NCBI GenBank assembly: GCA_024704765.1
Contig: JAKMXF010000303.1
Location: forward strand, 62,001-126,000
Reading direction: 5' to 3'
Origin: Oopsacas minuta
Taxonomy: Eukaryota > Animalia > Porifera
Length of the DNA stretch: 64,000 nt
Part shown: one piece after another, positions 1-13,200 of the stretch
Position numbering within the stretch: the stretch's first letter is position 1
Layout: each line of letters starts with the position of its first letter
Position numbers and translations under genes: made by a program
Notes under the pieces: model-generated
Seen by the model: the letters and a program-made list of their open reading frames with translations, nothing else
Told to the model about the DNA's origin: nothing
Databases searched by the model: none

Positions 1-153
1 GAAATACCAGATGATAAATTGTATCCAAAGTTTAAAGAAGCAATATTTATTGAGACAATCCTGAAGCCTGGACAGATGCTGTATATCCCACCTAAATGGT
101 GGCACTTTGTTAAATCTCTTGAGGTAAGCTTCTCTGTCAGTTTTTGGTGGTAG
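1..153 (+). CDS. KDM8: 3' end of JmjC lysine demethylase/hydroxylase KDM8 (JMJD5), truncated by the window edge
   Basis: Frame 1 reads EIPDDKLYPKFKEAIFIETILKPGQMLYIPPKWWHFVKSLEVSFSVSFWW*, matching the JMJD5 C-terminus (L.PG..LFIP..WHYV..L..SFSVSFWW), including the third Fe-binding His. Confidence 0.85.
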   Translation, partial: EIPDDKLYPKFKEAIFIETILKPGQMLYIPPKWWHFVKSLEVSFSVSFWW

Positions 154-188
154 AAATCAATACATATTATTCAGTGGTTATAATAAAA

Positions 189-290
189 TCTATATTATTA
201 AATCTCAATTGTTGTTTGTTTGTCCGTTGTTAGGGAAAGAATTTATGGTATGCGATTTTGAAGTTGTCGCAAAACTATGTATTTTCGTGT
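189..290 (+). mobile_element. Possible Helitron-like 5' end fragment
   Basis: Starts TCTATATTATTAAA followed by TTGTTGTTTGTTTGTCCGTTG. A similar stretch starts at 4084 (TCTATATTATT...TTGTTGTTTGTTCGTTG). No matching CTAG 3' end was found. Confidence 0.25.
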
Positions 291-897
291 TTATCAAGGA
301 AGTAAATAGAATTCAATAAAACTTAACGAAATATATCGAACATCTTGAATCTGATTTTCACACTTTTGGATTAATCATATGTAAATTTATTGTTGTTTTG
401 TGAATATAAAGTAAACAAATTCTCGAAATCTCAAAATATACGTACAGGCTTGTTCTAAACGGCGGAGGTACAAGAGTACGATATTACAAGTACAAATGAT
501 TTTGAAAATATCAAAAGTGTGTGGAAATGATTAATTTATATTGAAAGGTGTGAAAATATGATTAATCATTAAATGGTGTCTGCGTGAAACGAATTTCTAG
601 CATCATTTGAAATTCATGCAAAAATGCAGGCTCATAGTAGTCACATTTGAATTGGTCATGTAACTCCTGTTATTCATACCATGGATAGCTGATTTGGGTA
701 CTTTGGAGTGGTAGTTTCATGTCAGATGATAATACATTTACACATTTAAAAATCAATTCGCGAATAGGAAGGAATTTATAATCAGACTCCATATACCCTG
801 TTAGTTTGGATTGTATTTCAGTCGCTTCTAATTCTGCAAATATTGTTTTTAGACTGTAAATGTAGTAAATATCCGAAACGAAATCACCCTAAGAGTA

Positions 898-966
898 CAG
901 TGGAACCTGCATAAACCGACAATATTTTCATGTCCCAACGACTGTTGATGTATGCAGGTTCTACTG
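898..966. mobile_element. 69-bp Tc1/mariner-type MITE
   Basis: TA|CAGTGGAACCTGCATA...TATGCAGGTTCTACTG|TA: TIRs with TA target duplication. A related copy lies at 52782. Confidence 0.75.
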
Positions 967-2198
967 TACCCGAATTAGCTATTTCACTGACTCAAGAAGA
1001 TAACAACATTTTAAATTTTTACCACCTGTAGCTAGCCTCATTTCTAAATTTTTGATATTTCAGCCTAAAGATAGGGTTGTTAGATTTTCAAAGTCCAAAC
1101 CCGGCCAAAATTTCGTTTCAACAATCAGCGGTATTTTGGAGTGGCAGGAGTGATATCTATCTCTTTCCCGGGGCTATTTTCACCAATAATTTACTGAAAG
1201 TTTAACTTGAATATAGAGCGCGTCTCACTTCTTTTTTTGGCAAAACACCACTGCCAACAATATTAAACATGTTTACTGACAGCTACTAAAAAGAGTTTCA
1301 TTATACTACAAATACCCTTGGTGATGTCACATTTGCTACGAGCGAGCTTAGCAAGCGAGACAAATTTTTCTTGTGTTCAGGTCGAATTTGTGCCCCGTTT
1401 AGGGACGAATGTGGACAATAGCGTGGCAAAAGTTTTCAGTATGCACTTCACAAGAAATATAATCCTTCAAACCAGGACTTCGGACAAATGGCTTCAAATC
1501 CAGACCGTCCGGGTAGAATCAGATGCGAGTTTATCACTTCAATGTTTTACACATATTATGAACCCTTAATTCCTATAGAAAACTGCCCGAGGTGTATAAA
1601 TAGAGATAGAGATCATATTATATCAGCACGGGAAGATTCACTTTCGAAGCTCCTTATTCCCGTGTGGAACCTGCTTCGGGGAAAGTCCCCGGACACTTGT
1701 GTAGCGAGTGCAAGCTCTAAGAGTAATTGTCAGTTGTCTGTCAATGCGAAGACACTTCGGTGGAGCTAAGACAGATAGTCTGGTAGTTCGTCTAAGTTAA
1801 AGTTTGATAGTGAATGGCAACTTATGTTGTTAACCCAATGGGGATTACTCTCCTCGTGCTAACTTTTTGCCATAAAGCAACTAGTTGAAAATACTCCGTG
1901 AGTTACTGCCTGGTGTTGGAGTCATGTATTATAATTATATTTGACATTTTATCATGCCAAATTGGGTTTGTTAATAGATTACGCTCTACCATTCCTTTTA
2001 GGTATGACCGTGGAATACTTTCTGGGTGATCTCCAATTTAGGCTTATGGAGGGTGAAGCTTTAAAAGTGACATAAATTCAATAACAGTATATTCTTGTCA
2101 GAAACAACATACAATTGATATATCTACCACTACAAACTGCAAGAGCTTCGAGATCGTAATGAAGATAACATTTCAAGGACTATTCTTCTTGACTATCA

Positions 2199-3365
2199 TG
2201 CTATTTACAAGTCTAACTACGATAGTAATAATATCAAAACTGGATGAACCAAATGGAGTTGGAATTAGTATGTCAGTGAAATTACAAAATATGGGAAAAA
2301 TGAAAAAAAGATGACAACTATATCCAAATGGGAGATGATGATGGTAGTAAGATAGGAGATGAGGATAGCTGGGAAGCTTCAGTGAGAACTGGAATGGAGG
2401 AATTCTGGTTTTGAGTGATCTTACCAAGAAAACTTTTATGTTTATAGACGAGTATCGCAATCAGATGGAGTTAAAAGGTTTACATCCACTCAACTTAAAA
2501 CACGAATATCTCCGCGATCGAATTGTTAGGGTTGTGAAATACTGTAAAGTATTCCCAACTCAAACCAATGGAGTATTTGGCTATATGGTAAGATTATTTC
2601 GAATGCGTTTCAATGATAATACTAAATTGCTTCAATGTGCTGTTCTCAAAGTGAGCTCTACTACCTGGCAGGGAGTACAATTGTGGCAGAAAATAGCAAT
2701 TGAATACAATCATGATAATGCAAAAATAACAGCTCAGAGATTTCAGACCTACACCAAATTCAGGATAGCAAGAAATCCATTGCAGAGATTATTATCTGGT
2801 TACACAGATAACGACTTTGGAGAGAATTTCGTCAAAGGAATCATAATTTCAAATTATCTAACAAATCTAACATTGCACGAGATTAAACAAATGAGACAAG
2901 AGTTGAAGACAGGAAGAAATAATTGAACGATAGGTTTGAGTGATAGCATTATTAAACAGATTAAAAGATTAAAAGATTGGAAGTTGGAAGAGGCAAATCC
3001 GAAATTACATTTTTGGAATTCATAAATAATCTTGTCTATCGTTACAGAACAGATGGACAATGGGAATTAGACAAACATTGGGCTCCTATCACTAGGATTT
3101 GTGACCTCTGTGCTATCAGGTATGACATTATTACAGATTTCGGAACATTATGCGAAGATTCAGAAATAATACTGGACTATGTGCAGGAAGGCATTTCAGG
3201 ACACAAAGTCCAATTTTCTAAAGAAATCCAAATACAACAAATGATCGTTGTAATGAAGCTTTCAGGAAAATACCTTTGAAACTGAGAAGAGAGCTCTATC
3301 AAATATTTGAGCAAGATTATCTTTTTTGGCTATGACTATAGAGAAGACGAAATTCACATTTGTTA
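2199..3365 (+). pseudogene. Carbohydrate sulfotransferase (CHST/HNK-1 type, Sulfotransfer_2) pseudogene
   Basis: Motifs LLQCAVLKVSSTTW (5'-PSB-like), FRIARNPLQRLLSGY (3'-PB-like), HWAPITRICDLCAIRYDII and LYQIFEQDY are spread over several frames. There is an in-frame TGA at 2924-2926 and frameshifts near 2300, 2410, 2975, 3215 and 3325. Confidence 0.7.
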
Positions 3366-3537
3366 ATACAACATATGTATCGCTGGATTTGCTTATATTC
3401 TGGGTTTTAAATAGATATTTTTTTATAAATAAAACTTGTAATAGATACGTAAATAGACAATTGTGGAAAATGTGCTAATCAAAGGAAAAGTTAAAATGAT
3501 TTATTAAGTTCTAAATATCCCCGTAATCGTATCTTAA

Positions 3538-4042
3538 CCTGTAAGGGCTTACCTAATTAACGGAAGGGACAAGTTTCCTTGATGGAATTTCAAATTCGTT
3601 GTTTGCTCTACATCTGGCCTTGTAAATCACAGAATATTGTATCATGACGGTTGTCAAGCATTTGTTTTGATTCTTCACGTTAGTGGTACTCCATTTTGTA
3701 GAGAAATCGAAAAAAATGAAGTTCATGAGGATCTTGTAATCCCCATAAACAACTTTTCATCATTCTAATTACGAATATATATATAGACTACCTCCCTCAG
3801 CTAAGAATAGGAGACCAAAATTAGAGAGGGAAAGTTCCTGGTGGAATTACTTTAATATTGTACCAATGATACAAATTTGTTATATTGATTATCATCAACG
3901 TGAAATGTCATAACAAAAGCTTGATAACTGGTATTCTACAATCTTCTATGATTTTCTAGGTCAAATATGTGTCAAGCGACAAATTTGAAATTCTTCAACA
4001 ATAACTTGTCCGTTCCGTGAATTAGGGAAGCTCCTTATAAGG
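3538..4042. mobile_element. Degenerate TIR/foldback element
   Basis: CCTAATTAACGGAAGGGACAAGTT...GAATTTCAAATT near 3555-3597 is an imperfect inverted copy of AATTTGAAATTC...AACTTGTCCGTTCCGTGAATTAGG near 3982-4026. No clear TSD. Confidence 0.5.
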
Positions 4043-4231
4043 ACCCAAATACTACGTCGAAACCTAGTCTCAAGAATCTAGAATCTATATTATTTTTATC
4101 TAACTTTGTTGTTTGTTCGTTGTTGAAGAAATTTATTATGCTAAGTATTTTGTACCGAAATTGTAATTCAGAGATTTCTTAATTTTGATGTGCATCACTG
4201 AATTCGGTCAGAATTTTTAGAGTAAAAGTAT

Positions 4232-4273
4232 GTGTACTGAACCCAGCGCGCATTCGCGTTAGGTTCAGTACAC
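4232..4273. repeat. 42-bp hairpin/palindrome upstream of TANGO6
   Basis: GTGTACTGAACC-cagcgcgcattcgcgtta-GGTTCAGTACAC: a perfect 12-bp outer stem with a GC inner stem. Confidence 0.7.
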
Positions 4274-4494
4274 AAGCAATTAAAATGTCAAGCCGCATGC
4301 GGAACAAGTGCCAATAAACCTTCCTCAACATCAAGAATTTGAAATAAAGACTCTGATCCTCTCCCTAAGGTAGTAGTTACTTATCCCGCATTTTGATTGA
4401 CACTTTTCATATGTGCAGGAAGCACTGATTGCATAGAATTCCAATATAGAATGGAGAGTTACTGCTGTCTAATAGTATTATATTATTTAGCACA

Positions 4495-7400
4495 ATGTCA
4501 TCAAACTCAGATAATCCGTATTTAGATTCTAAACTAATATCTCAAGCTATTGAAATGCTAACTAATCCCTTACAGAGGGAATATGTAGATGAAGTTTCTC
4601 CTGATTTAGCTTTCTTTAAAACTCTCCAAGATACCTCAATTAATTTTACAAGATTTTTAAACTCTAACAAATCGATAAAAGATGAAATTGACAAATCTAT
4701 CGTACATAATTTTCTTCCACTTTCTTGTATTGCAGCTGATAACTTAAAGCTAATATATTATGAATACACTTCTCATCTACTCAGAGTTTCTAATTTCATT
4801 GCTGTAGACAGAAATAATAAATTCATCAACATATCACTACAAAATCAAATAACAAAACTATTTCAATTTATATTCTCTCTGTGTATAGTACCATTCCTCG
4901 TACCAGGTAACGGTCCACCTCTATCAGAACGTTCTGTTACTCTAAAATATCTGACAAAACACAAGTCTAAACTAACATTAGCTACACTCACATGTCATCT
5001 GATAAGATGTTGTGACGTAATATTGAAACAGAGCTACATTACCTACTTAGTACCTCACATACGTGACGTAATAGCCTCCATATTACAGATTTCTTATTAT
5101 AATGGTTGTAAGGAATCAGCTTATAGTATATTTGCGGATAGATGTGTTTGGTACAGAGATAGATGTAGCGAGTTGTTAGCTAGATTTGAAACACCGCTGG
5201 TAGTCAGTGAAATAATGGTGTTACAAGGTCTAGCTAGACAGGCTGAAGCTAAATGGGTAATAAAGGTAACTTCACAAGAGCTATCTAAGATACTGGTCGG
5301 GCCGTTAGGTATTCAGTCAGTTCTGCGAGGATTCCTTGACGTCATCACAAAGGATCTATCATCAGATATTATGGACTATACTAAACTCAGAGTGATTGCT
5401 AATGTAATAGCAACTTGTCCAGGGAGAAATAGAGATGAGTACTATACTTCTGTTTGCGATCAGCTGTTAAATATATTGCATTTACGTAATGAATCATTGA
5501 AGTGTGACGTCATAACTGCAGGGATCTCTGTAATAGAAGCTTTAGTCGTGAATCAACCATTATGCGCTGAAGGAATGTTGCTGAATAAAATCACTTTACC
5601 GTTAGAGAGAATTACAACAGATATAACAGCCGATCTGATTGAAGATGAACTAACTCAAACAATTAATGATATTCATGACGTCATAACCAGAATCCCAGAA
5701 TGGTATAAACTAATAGAGACCTGGATAAGTAAATATATATCTCTTCTATTCCACTTGTATTGCTTTGATGTCGGTAAAATAACTTCAATCAGATCTGTTT
5801 TATATAGAATTATTGGGAAATATTTTCTCTACACTGAATCTGAACACTGTATATCCTTTGTTGAAGAAGCGTTATCTTATTTCCACAATAGACATATGTA
5901 TCCAGGTGATGTAGGTATAACGTTACATCATAACCTCGCTATCTCACTGGGAGATGAAGGTTCTCTGCAGGTAACCAAGGGAGACTCTGATAATGACGTT
6001 ATGATATTCTTACCTGAGTTATTCTTGTTATTAGAAACAAGTGATAAGTGTGTATGTTACCAATCAGTGCTTATTAGTCTCTTATGCTGGTTAGCTGAGT
6101 TAGTAGAATCACATGAAGACTACTGTACGTACTGTAGTGGTTATAGAGAAGGTGTACTGTATTTAGTAGCTCAGCTGCTGGAGGAGAGAGGAGAGTACAT
6201 TCTAGCCGAGTTAGACACAGAACCAATTCTACAATGGATTACTCGTATAGTCCTTATTCATCATGGAGGTATAGACAAGTATTATAATCTGGATGAGTAT
6301 AATGCTGGAGTGTTTGGAGGTACTAGTTCATTATCTATGGCATTTGGTAGGTTAATTAACAACACAACTTATTTAATTAATACAATTTCACCTGTAATAC
6401 AATCTCTAGGTAGTCTAACCTTCCTACTCTCCAGTAGCAAAGAAGTTAGTATTGAGATTAGCAGATTGCTACAAGAATTGCTTCCTTATTTAGAAGAAAT
6501 GGGTGAGAGATTCCCAGATGAATTATTACGCGCCCAATCAGCTGATCTCAGGATATGCATTGCTACCTGTGGTGCTGTGTGGTCAGACCTGTTAGCTACA
6601 TCTAGTTCTACTAACAAGTCAGTATATGCTACCGGTAATGAGGATATGACAGAATCTACAGATAAGGTAGAATACACATGTAGGAATATTAACTGTATTT
6701 GTTTGTTTATTTGAGGCGAAAGGGAAATCATTGCGTTGACTTTCAAAGCTTGTAATTTATCGAATCGTGAAAGTTATAATCTATAGTTAAACTCTTTATA
6801 GATTAATCAGATCCATAAATGAATTAAATACAAGCAATCACATGTGTTGATCAATTCCATTTATTATAGTGCCCTCGTTTGTTTGATTAATGTCTCTTGA
6901 TTTGAATCTAGGGCTCAAACTTCTCAGAAGCACTCTCTCACTCACTGGACCCCATGCTTCCTATAAGAGCTAATGGTATTCAACAGCTTTCTAAACTGAT
7001 ATACAAAAGAGATGAAGAAGCGTTAAGTAAAGCAGATCAGCTGTTTAAATTATTCAAAGAGAATCTCAGGAGTGAGGACTCCTATTTATACCTGGCAGCC
7101 ATCAGCGGGATAGCATCTCTAAGTTATGTTAGGCCGAGAGAAGTATTGTCAGATATTTCAGCTCAGTTTGCTGCATTTACACAGCAAGCTACTGCTCCCT
7201 TGATTGAGGAGATATCTAATGACAAACCTAACTACAAACCTACTCACACAAATACACTAAATAGTGTAGAGTTTCGTATTAAGTTAGGAGAGGTTCTTAT
7301 ACGAGCTGCTCGTGAATCAGGAGAACTATTTCCTCACTATGGAGATGTGATATTACGTGCTCTGTTAACTGGAGTACGGGATAGAGACCCCATGGTCAGA

Positions 7401-8147
7401 GCTAGTGCTCTGTCAAACTTATCAGAGTGTTGTGTGTTGTTAGGCTACAGTTTATCTAAATGTGTAGAAGAAGTGGTGAGTTGTATGGAACATCTGATCC
7501 CTTCTGAACAAGATGCTACTGTAAGATGTGCAGCAATACTGGTTATATCAAGAATATTAGACAAGCCTCAAGAACAGGTATGGTAGTGTTGCATGATGTA
7601 ATAGGCTATATTATATGTCTAACATATATATGCAGTCTGTCTACTATTCCAAACAACTTGCTATCATATTTGAAAAGCACCGTTTGCGTTTGTATTTTGC
7701 GGAAGTGCGGATTACCAAAATTTACTATCACATACTAAAACAAAATTTATACACAATTTACTATTAATATTGGGAGCTTAGTAGTGTGACGTACTTACAT
7801 TTGCACATAGATATATTTGGGATCGATTTTTCCACACAAATAAAATCCGTGTATGACGAAAGTTTTTGGATAATGCCATCTTTAATCCAATACTTAATTC
7901 CACTCTGTTTTTGTATTTACAGATATTACAAATATTTGGAGGAGGTATTCTGCGTCGTTCTTACCAGCTGTTAAAACTAGTACATTCATCTGATCCTGAC
8001 TTAACAACACGTACACAAGCACAATCTGGTATAGAAAGACTCAACAGAATAATGAAACAATTCCTTACTCCAGTCACTACAGGAGAGCTGAGAAAGAATA
8101 TATATGTTCTAGATAAACCTCCTGATGTATTCGATTGGAAGAAATAG
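4495..8147 (+). CDS. TANGO6: Transport and Golgi organization protein 6 homolog; exons 4495-6666, 6912-7577, 7923-8147 (~1020 aa)
   Basis: HEAT/ARM-like helical protein. Exon 2 has DPMLPIRANG..FKENLRSEDSYLYLAAISG..RIKLGEVL..GVRDRDPMVRASALSNL, typical of TANGO6/Rtp1. Both GT-AG introns are phase 0. Confidence 0.85.
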
Positions 8148-8253
8148 TGATATTTATTATAAAAGTTTATTGTTTGTTGTTTTGAGAAATCTTGCGAATA
8201 AATGAATGCACTTGTACTAATTGTCCTTCTAGCTTGTACTTTCTCATAATATA

Positions 8254-8417
8254 CAGTGGACCCCCGTTATATCGAAGCTCGAGTCACCGCGATAATAAGC
8301 AGATTCGATATATCCAGTATAATTTATGTTACTTTGACGGTTTGGGAGCATATTTGTGCAATGTTAGGATTTGATGTATATCGATATATCCGTGTGTGAT
8401 ATAACAGGAGTAAATTG
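8254..8417. mobile_element. TA-flanked CAGT MITE between TANGO6 and STUB1
   Basis: TA|CAGTGGACCCCCGTTATATC...GATATAACAGGAGTAAATTG|TA. The interior is shared with the copy ending at 42541 (TGTTACTTTGA(C/T)GGTTT...). Confidence 0.65.
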
Positions 8418-8468
8418 TAATTATCTCTACATATACAATTATACATACAAGTTACTTGCTGTAGCTAA

Positions 8469-9696
8469 ATGAGTTCAGGAAGTCCCAAAGACCTGAAAGA
8501 AACTGGAAATCGCTACTTTAGTCAGGGTAACTTCCCAGAAGCAATCGGTCAATACTCTAAAGCTATTGTTAGAACACCAAGCAATGCTATTCTTTACACA
8601 AACAGAGCTCTTGCTAACCTTAAGCTGAACAACTGGCAAGAGTGTATTGATGATTGTAACTCAGCTCTAATTATAGAAACTAATATGGTAAAGGGGTACT
8701 ACTTCATGGGACAAGCTCTGGTAGAATTACAGCTATATGATGAAGCTATTGAAGCTCTCAAGAAGGCTTATACTCTATCAAATGAACAGAGAAGATTCTT
8801 TGGTGACGACATAGCTTCTGCTCTGCGATTAGCAAAGAGAAGACGATTCGAATTATTGGAAGAGAAACGTATTCGACAAGAAATAGAATTGCAGACTTAT
8901 CTTGATAAGCTTATTACAGCTGACACAGATAAACTGATGAGTAAATCACAGGGAGAAGACGAGAGAAAAGATGTGTGTAATATATTAAATAATAATTTTA
9001 CAATTCTATAGATAAATAGCAGTATAGTTTACTTTTGTAAATCTATCCTTGAGATTTGCCTAAGATTAGTTGAATTTAGCTAGAGTTTCTGAAATGAAAT
9101 GAATGGCTAATATGAAATCTAACCACCAATAATGGTAATAGTGTGTTATGATTTATGAATAACTGCAATAACTTCAATTTCCCCTGATTATTTAGGGGAA
9201 ATTGAAACAATGTAAAGATTAAAGTGACGTGTTCTAATACTTGAGACTTACAGCTATGTACCAGGTTTCTGTCCGGCTTAACATAAATGTATTTCTAATT
9301 ATTAATGGAAACAGGACTTGTATCTGGACAACAATGATACTTGGAAAACATGAATATGTAATAATAAATATATCACAGGTTGAAGAGACAGGAAAACAGA
9401 AAAAGAAAGAACTCAACGAATTGTTTGCAGCTGTAGATGAGCGTAGAAAGAAGCGAGACATACCTGACTATCTCTGCGGGAAGATTAGCTTTGACATAAT
9501 GACAGACCCAGTTATAACTCCCAGTGGTATTACATATGATAGAAAACATCTGGAATCACATTTACATCGGGTAGGACAATTCGATCCAATTACACGGGAA
9601 CCACTAAACGAACAGTCGTTAATTCCTAATCTTGCGTTGAAAGATGTTATAGATAATTTCGTGTATGATAATCCTTGGCTAGACGACTGTAACTAG
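8469..9696 (+). CDS. STUB1: E3 ubiquitin ligase CHIP (TPR + U-box); exons 8469-8972, 9379-9696 (273 aa)
   Basis: TPRs ([18 protein letters not shown]) and a U-box ([47 protein letters not shown]). One phase-0 GT-AG intron. Confidence 0.95.
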
Positions 9697-10280
9697 CTTT
9701 TAATAGCATTCCTGAGTTTGAATGCATTTGTGAGGTAATTCAACTTTGATATATTTTAAGATTTCCTGTATTTTGTTAAGTAAATGTTTGTGTTTTTTCT
9801 TCAACTAACAATGAGTTTTGATTGTTTTTTCCAAAATGCTAAAATAATTGTCAGATAATTGAAAGATGTCTGTGAGCGCACCCCCTACATTCTGTATTTA
9901 TTATCAAAGGGATAGGATATTCATTGTTTAAGTGGTGGGGTAGTTACACCCAAGCTCCATCCTGGTATGCACTAACTGGTGTATGGATATCAGCTAATTT
10001 ATATCTAGGCGGGCGAAATTCGGCGAAGGTTCCTATCATACCACTAAATTCAATATAATTATAGTCTCTGAATTGAAGTGCATAGCCTGCGAAGCTGAAT
10101 GAAGACCTATGTGGAACCATTAAGCTACAATTTTTTATTACATCATAATTAAAGTACGGTATAGTATAGTACGATTATGCTCAGTGATCTATTACTCTAA
10201 AATTATCCTACGGACATAGCATGAATCCGTTTCTGACCGCACCTACGTTCTCAATTAATTCTATCAATTTAAGTATAGAT

Positions 10281-13200
10281 ATGAGTAGCAATCTGTCTCC
10301 TTCTTACCTAAACGCTCTGGTATCTAATTACTACATACCGTATGATGCTAGAGCATCAAACAGAGACAAGAATAACTCTATATTCTCTCTAATCAAAAGC
10401 AGACATATCTCTAACTCTACACATGAAACTATTTATTGTAAAAAGAAAACTTTTGATGTTTCATTTAATCGTACTCATCCCTTCTGGTCACATGACATGC
10501 TAGGTCATTACAGCAGTATACAGAGTATACGTCTATCTCCTGATGAACGGTTGTTAGCTTCAGGCGGTGAGGACGGACGTCTGTTAGTCTGGGATATACA
10601 ACAGGCACTACGATCAGCTGATCTCAATTGTCCCAGGAGCGGTAGCACAGAGTTGGTGTCTATGAAAGCACAGGGGTTCTACTCTGTAGCTTTCGGAGCA
10701 AGAGGTGATCAGGTAATTTAATTAAAATATTCTGTCGTATAAATACAAATAAGAATCGTATACCTACATGATAGATAGCAGGATCAGGAAATGGATTCCT
10801 TATCTTGTCAGACACAAACACTCGTGAAGTTATATCTAACGTCAGAGAAACACAGGTACGAGAGCTAGCAGCTCACCCTTCCTGTGAGGCTCTATTCGCT
10901 AGTGCGTCAGATCGAGGAAATGTTTATATCTGGGATAGACGTATGCCAAGACAGTGTGCCTTAGAGGTAGTAAGCTCTAATACCCCATTCAGAGGGGTAC
11001 AGTTCCATCCTCTTGAGCCTAGGTAAGTTCAATTCAATTAATATATTCATGTCCCCATTGAATTGATATTTTGTCGAAATGTGGAAATTTTGTGCTTAGT
11101 AAGCATACCGGTTATAAGAACATGCCAAATATAAGGACATTATGTCCAGTCCCCAACGATGTTCTTATGACCGGCATCCACTATATCTCTACTCACTATG
11201 ACGTGATCTACGTTACACCCATATATGGTCATATTCAAATTACTTCATACTGAGTAGAGATACTAACTTTATCATGTCAAATTTAAATATTTTGTATGAA
11301 AACATCATTAGACCATTGAGTATGAATTCTGAAATCTTATTTGTAGTATTTATCGTACTACGGTTATCAAAGATGGACATATTTACGCCAAAAAATGCTT
11401 ACTAAGCACAAATTTTCACACATTTCAACGAAAATTTGCATTTTGGGATTGATGAAATATATTTCTATTTATTCTGACAAAAACGTGTACTTTTGAAATA
11501 TAGAACTCCTCAAATTTATATTTAATGGACCCAAGTTTCAAGACCCCCTGTTCGAGCGCTTACAATCCCTTTTTAAAGGATTGTATGAATAGACATGACA
11601 ACTGTCTCATAGATACAATTCTTATGAATGCCAATAGAGGTAGAATTACATTATACAATTACTTAAGCGAAATATATCTCATCCATGAGTAAGTGTAGAG
11701 ACACAACTAAGGATATTATATTATAAAAGAGAATAATTATATGAGTAAATTTAAATACAATACGAGATAATATGAGTGAAGAAGAATCAAAACAGACCCG
11801 TATCTGGAGGGAGCGTGCTGAGGCAGCAGAGGAGAGTGAACAGAGGGTCAGGAAGGATTGTCTGTTTGCTTTGAAAGAGAATGAATTTCTAAGAACTCTA
11901 CAGAGACAGGTGGAATTGAGTCAGGCTACTCTCTTAGAGACTCAATCACAGCTGGGACATGCCCTAGCACATGAGAATGAGTATAAAGCTAAGCACCTAC
12001 ATCTTACTCGTGATATGAGGGAGTTATGTCATGAAATACGTATTATAGTGTCAGATGTACTACCACCCAACAGTCTAGACTCTCTACTCCCTCAGGACTT
12101 TGATCCGGACAGCTTACAGCCGTATCATGTCAAGACTCTTATACATATGTTAAGAGATGCGTATTTGAAAGCTGAGCTAAGAGTAAGGAACAGAGATGCA
12201 GAGCTGTCAGAAGTAGGAGAGAATACTGAAGAGATGGAGGCGGTATTATGTAGATGGTCACATCTCCTCTCTCAGATATCTGATCCTCCCAATATACATG
12301 GGATACATCAGCTGACCAAGGACTTTAAAGTTAAAGATAAACTGACAAACTCGTGTCTTAGAGAAATGCATGTATCTCTGAGTACATTCTTATCTGCTAT
12401 GGACCATGGATACAGGATCATGGAGTCAGAACTCTCCCATCTGAGGGAGAGAGTAAGTGTCTGTATAGGGGAGGATTCAGTAGACAGTGCTCAGCTAGGG
12501 TTAATCCTGACAGGACATTACACAAATAAAAAGAGACAAATACAGGAGTTAGAGAGTAAAATAAAGGAATTAAAGCAATCTCGTGTTAGTGAAATGACAG
12601 GAGCTATATCTGCCCTCAAGCTAGAGATGGTAGAACAGCGATCAGAGAGTGATCGATTGAAGGAGATAGATATGCAGAGGGAGTTGTCACAAAAACTGGA
12701 GGAGTACAAGAGTGAATCGCTGTGTTCCCGTAGACAGGAGGAGATAGGACACAGTAGAAAGGTTAAGGAGCTGTCGGAGAGTGTATCTGTAGCAGAGAGA
12801 GGATCTGCTGAACTTAGAAGAGAGTTAGAATCAGTAAGAATTAAAATGAAATCTTCCGAGTTTGAGAGGAACAGGTTAAGTACAGAACTAGAACATCTAC
12901 AAGAGAATCAGAGGAGAAATGAGGTAGATGGATGTGAAGAGAGGGGGAGAGCAGAGAGAATATGTGGAGAAGAGTTAGATGTATACAGACAACAGGTACG
13001 ACAGCATTCTCTAACTATTGTATCTCTAGAAGACAAGCTAGTCAGGACAGTAAGAGAGTGTGATGATCTCAGAGATAACCTCAGAGATAGCAATATTCGA
13101 GTAGATGAAGAGAGAGATAGTATACATAGAGAAGAGATTGAGAGTATTAAGAGAGAGAGAGACCGCAAGGAAGGAGAGATAATGACATTGAGGAGTGAGT

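Noticed and set aside
1318-1769. Two overlapping ORFs of 83 and 93 aa
   Set aside because: Non-ATG or weak starts, no motifs, and embedded in TE-like debris (CCGGACA-type subterminal motifs).
9241-9378. N-terminal part of the 151-aa ORF before the STUB1 U-box exon
   Set aside because: Intronic read-through; the acceptor at 9378/9379 joins exon 1 in phase.
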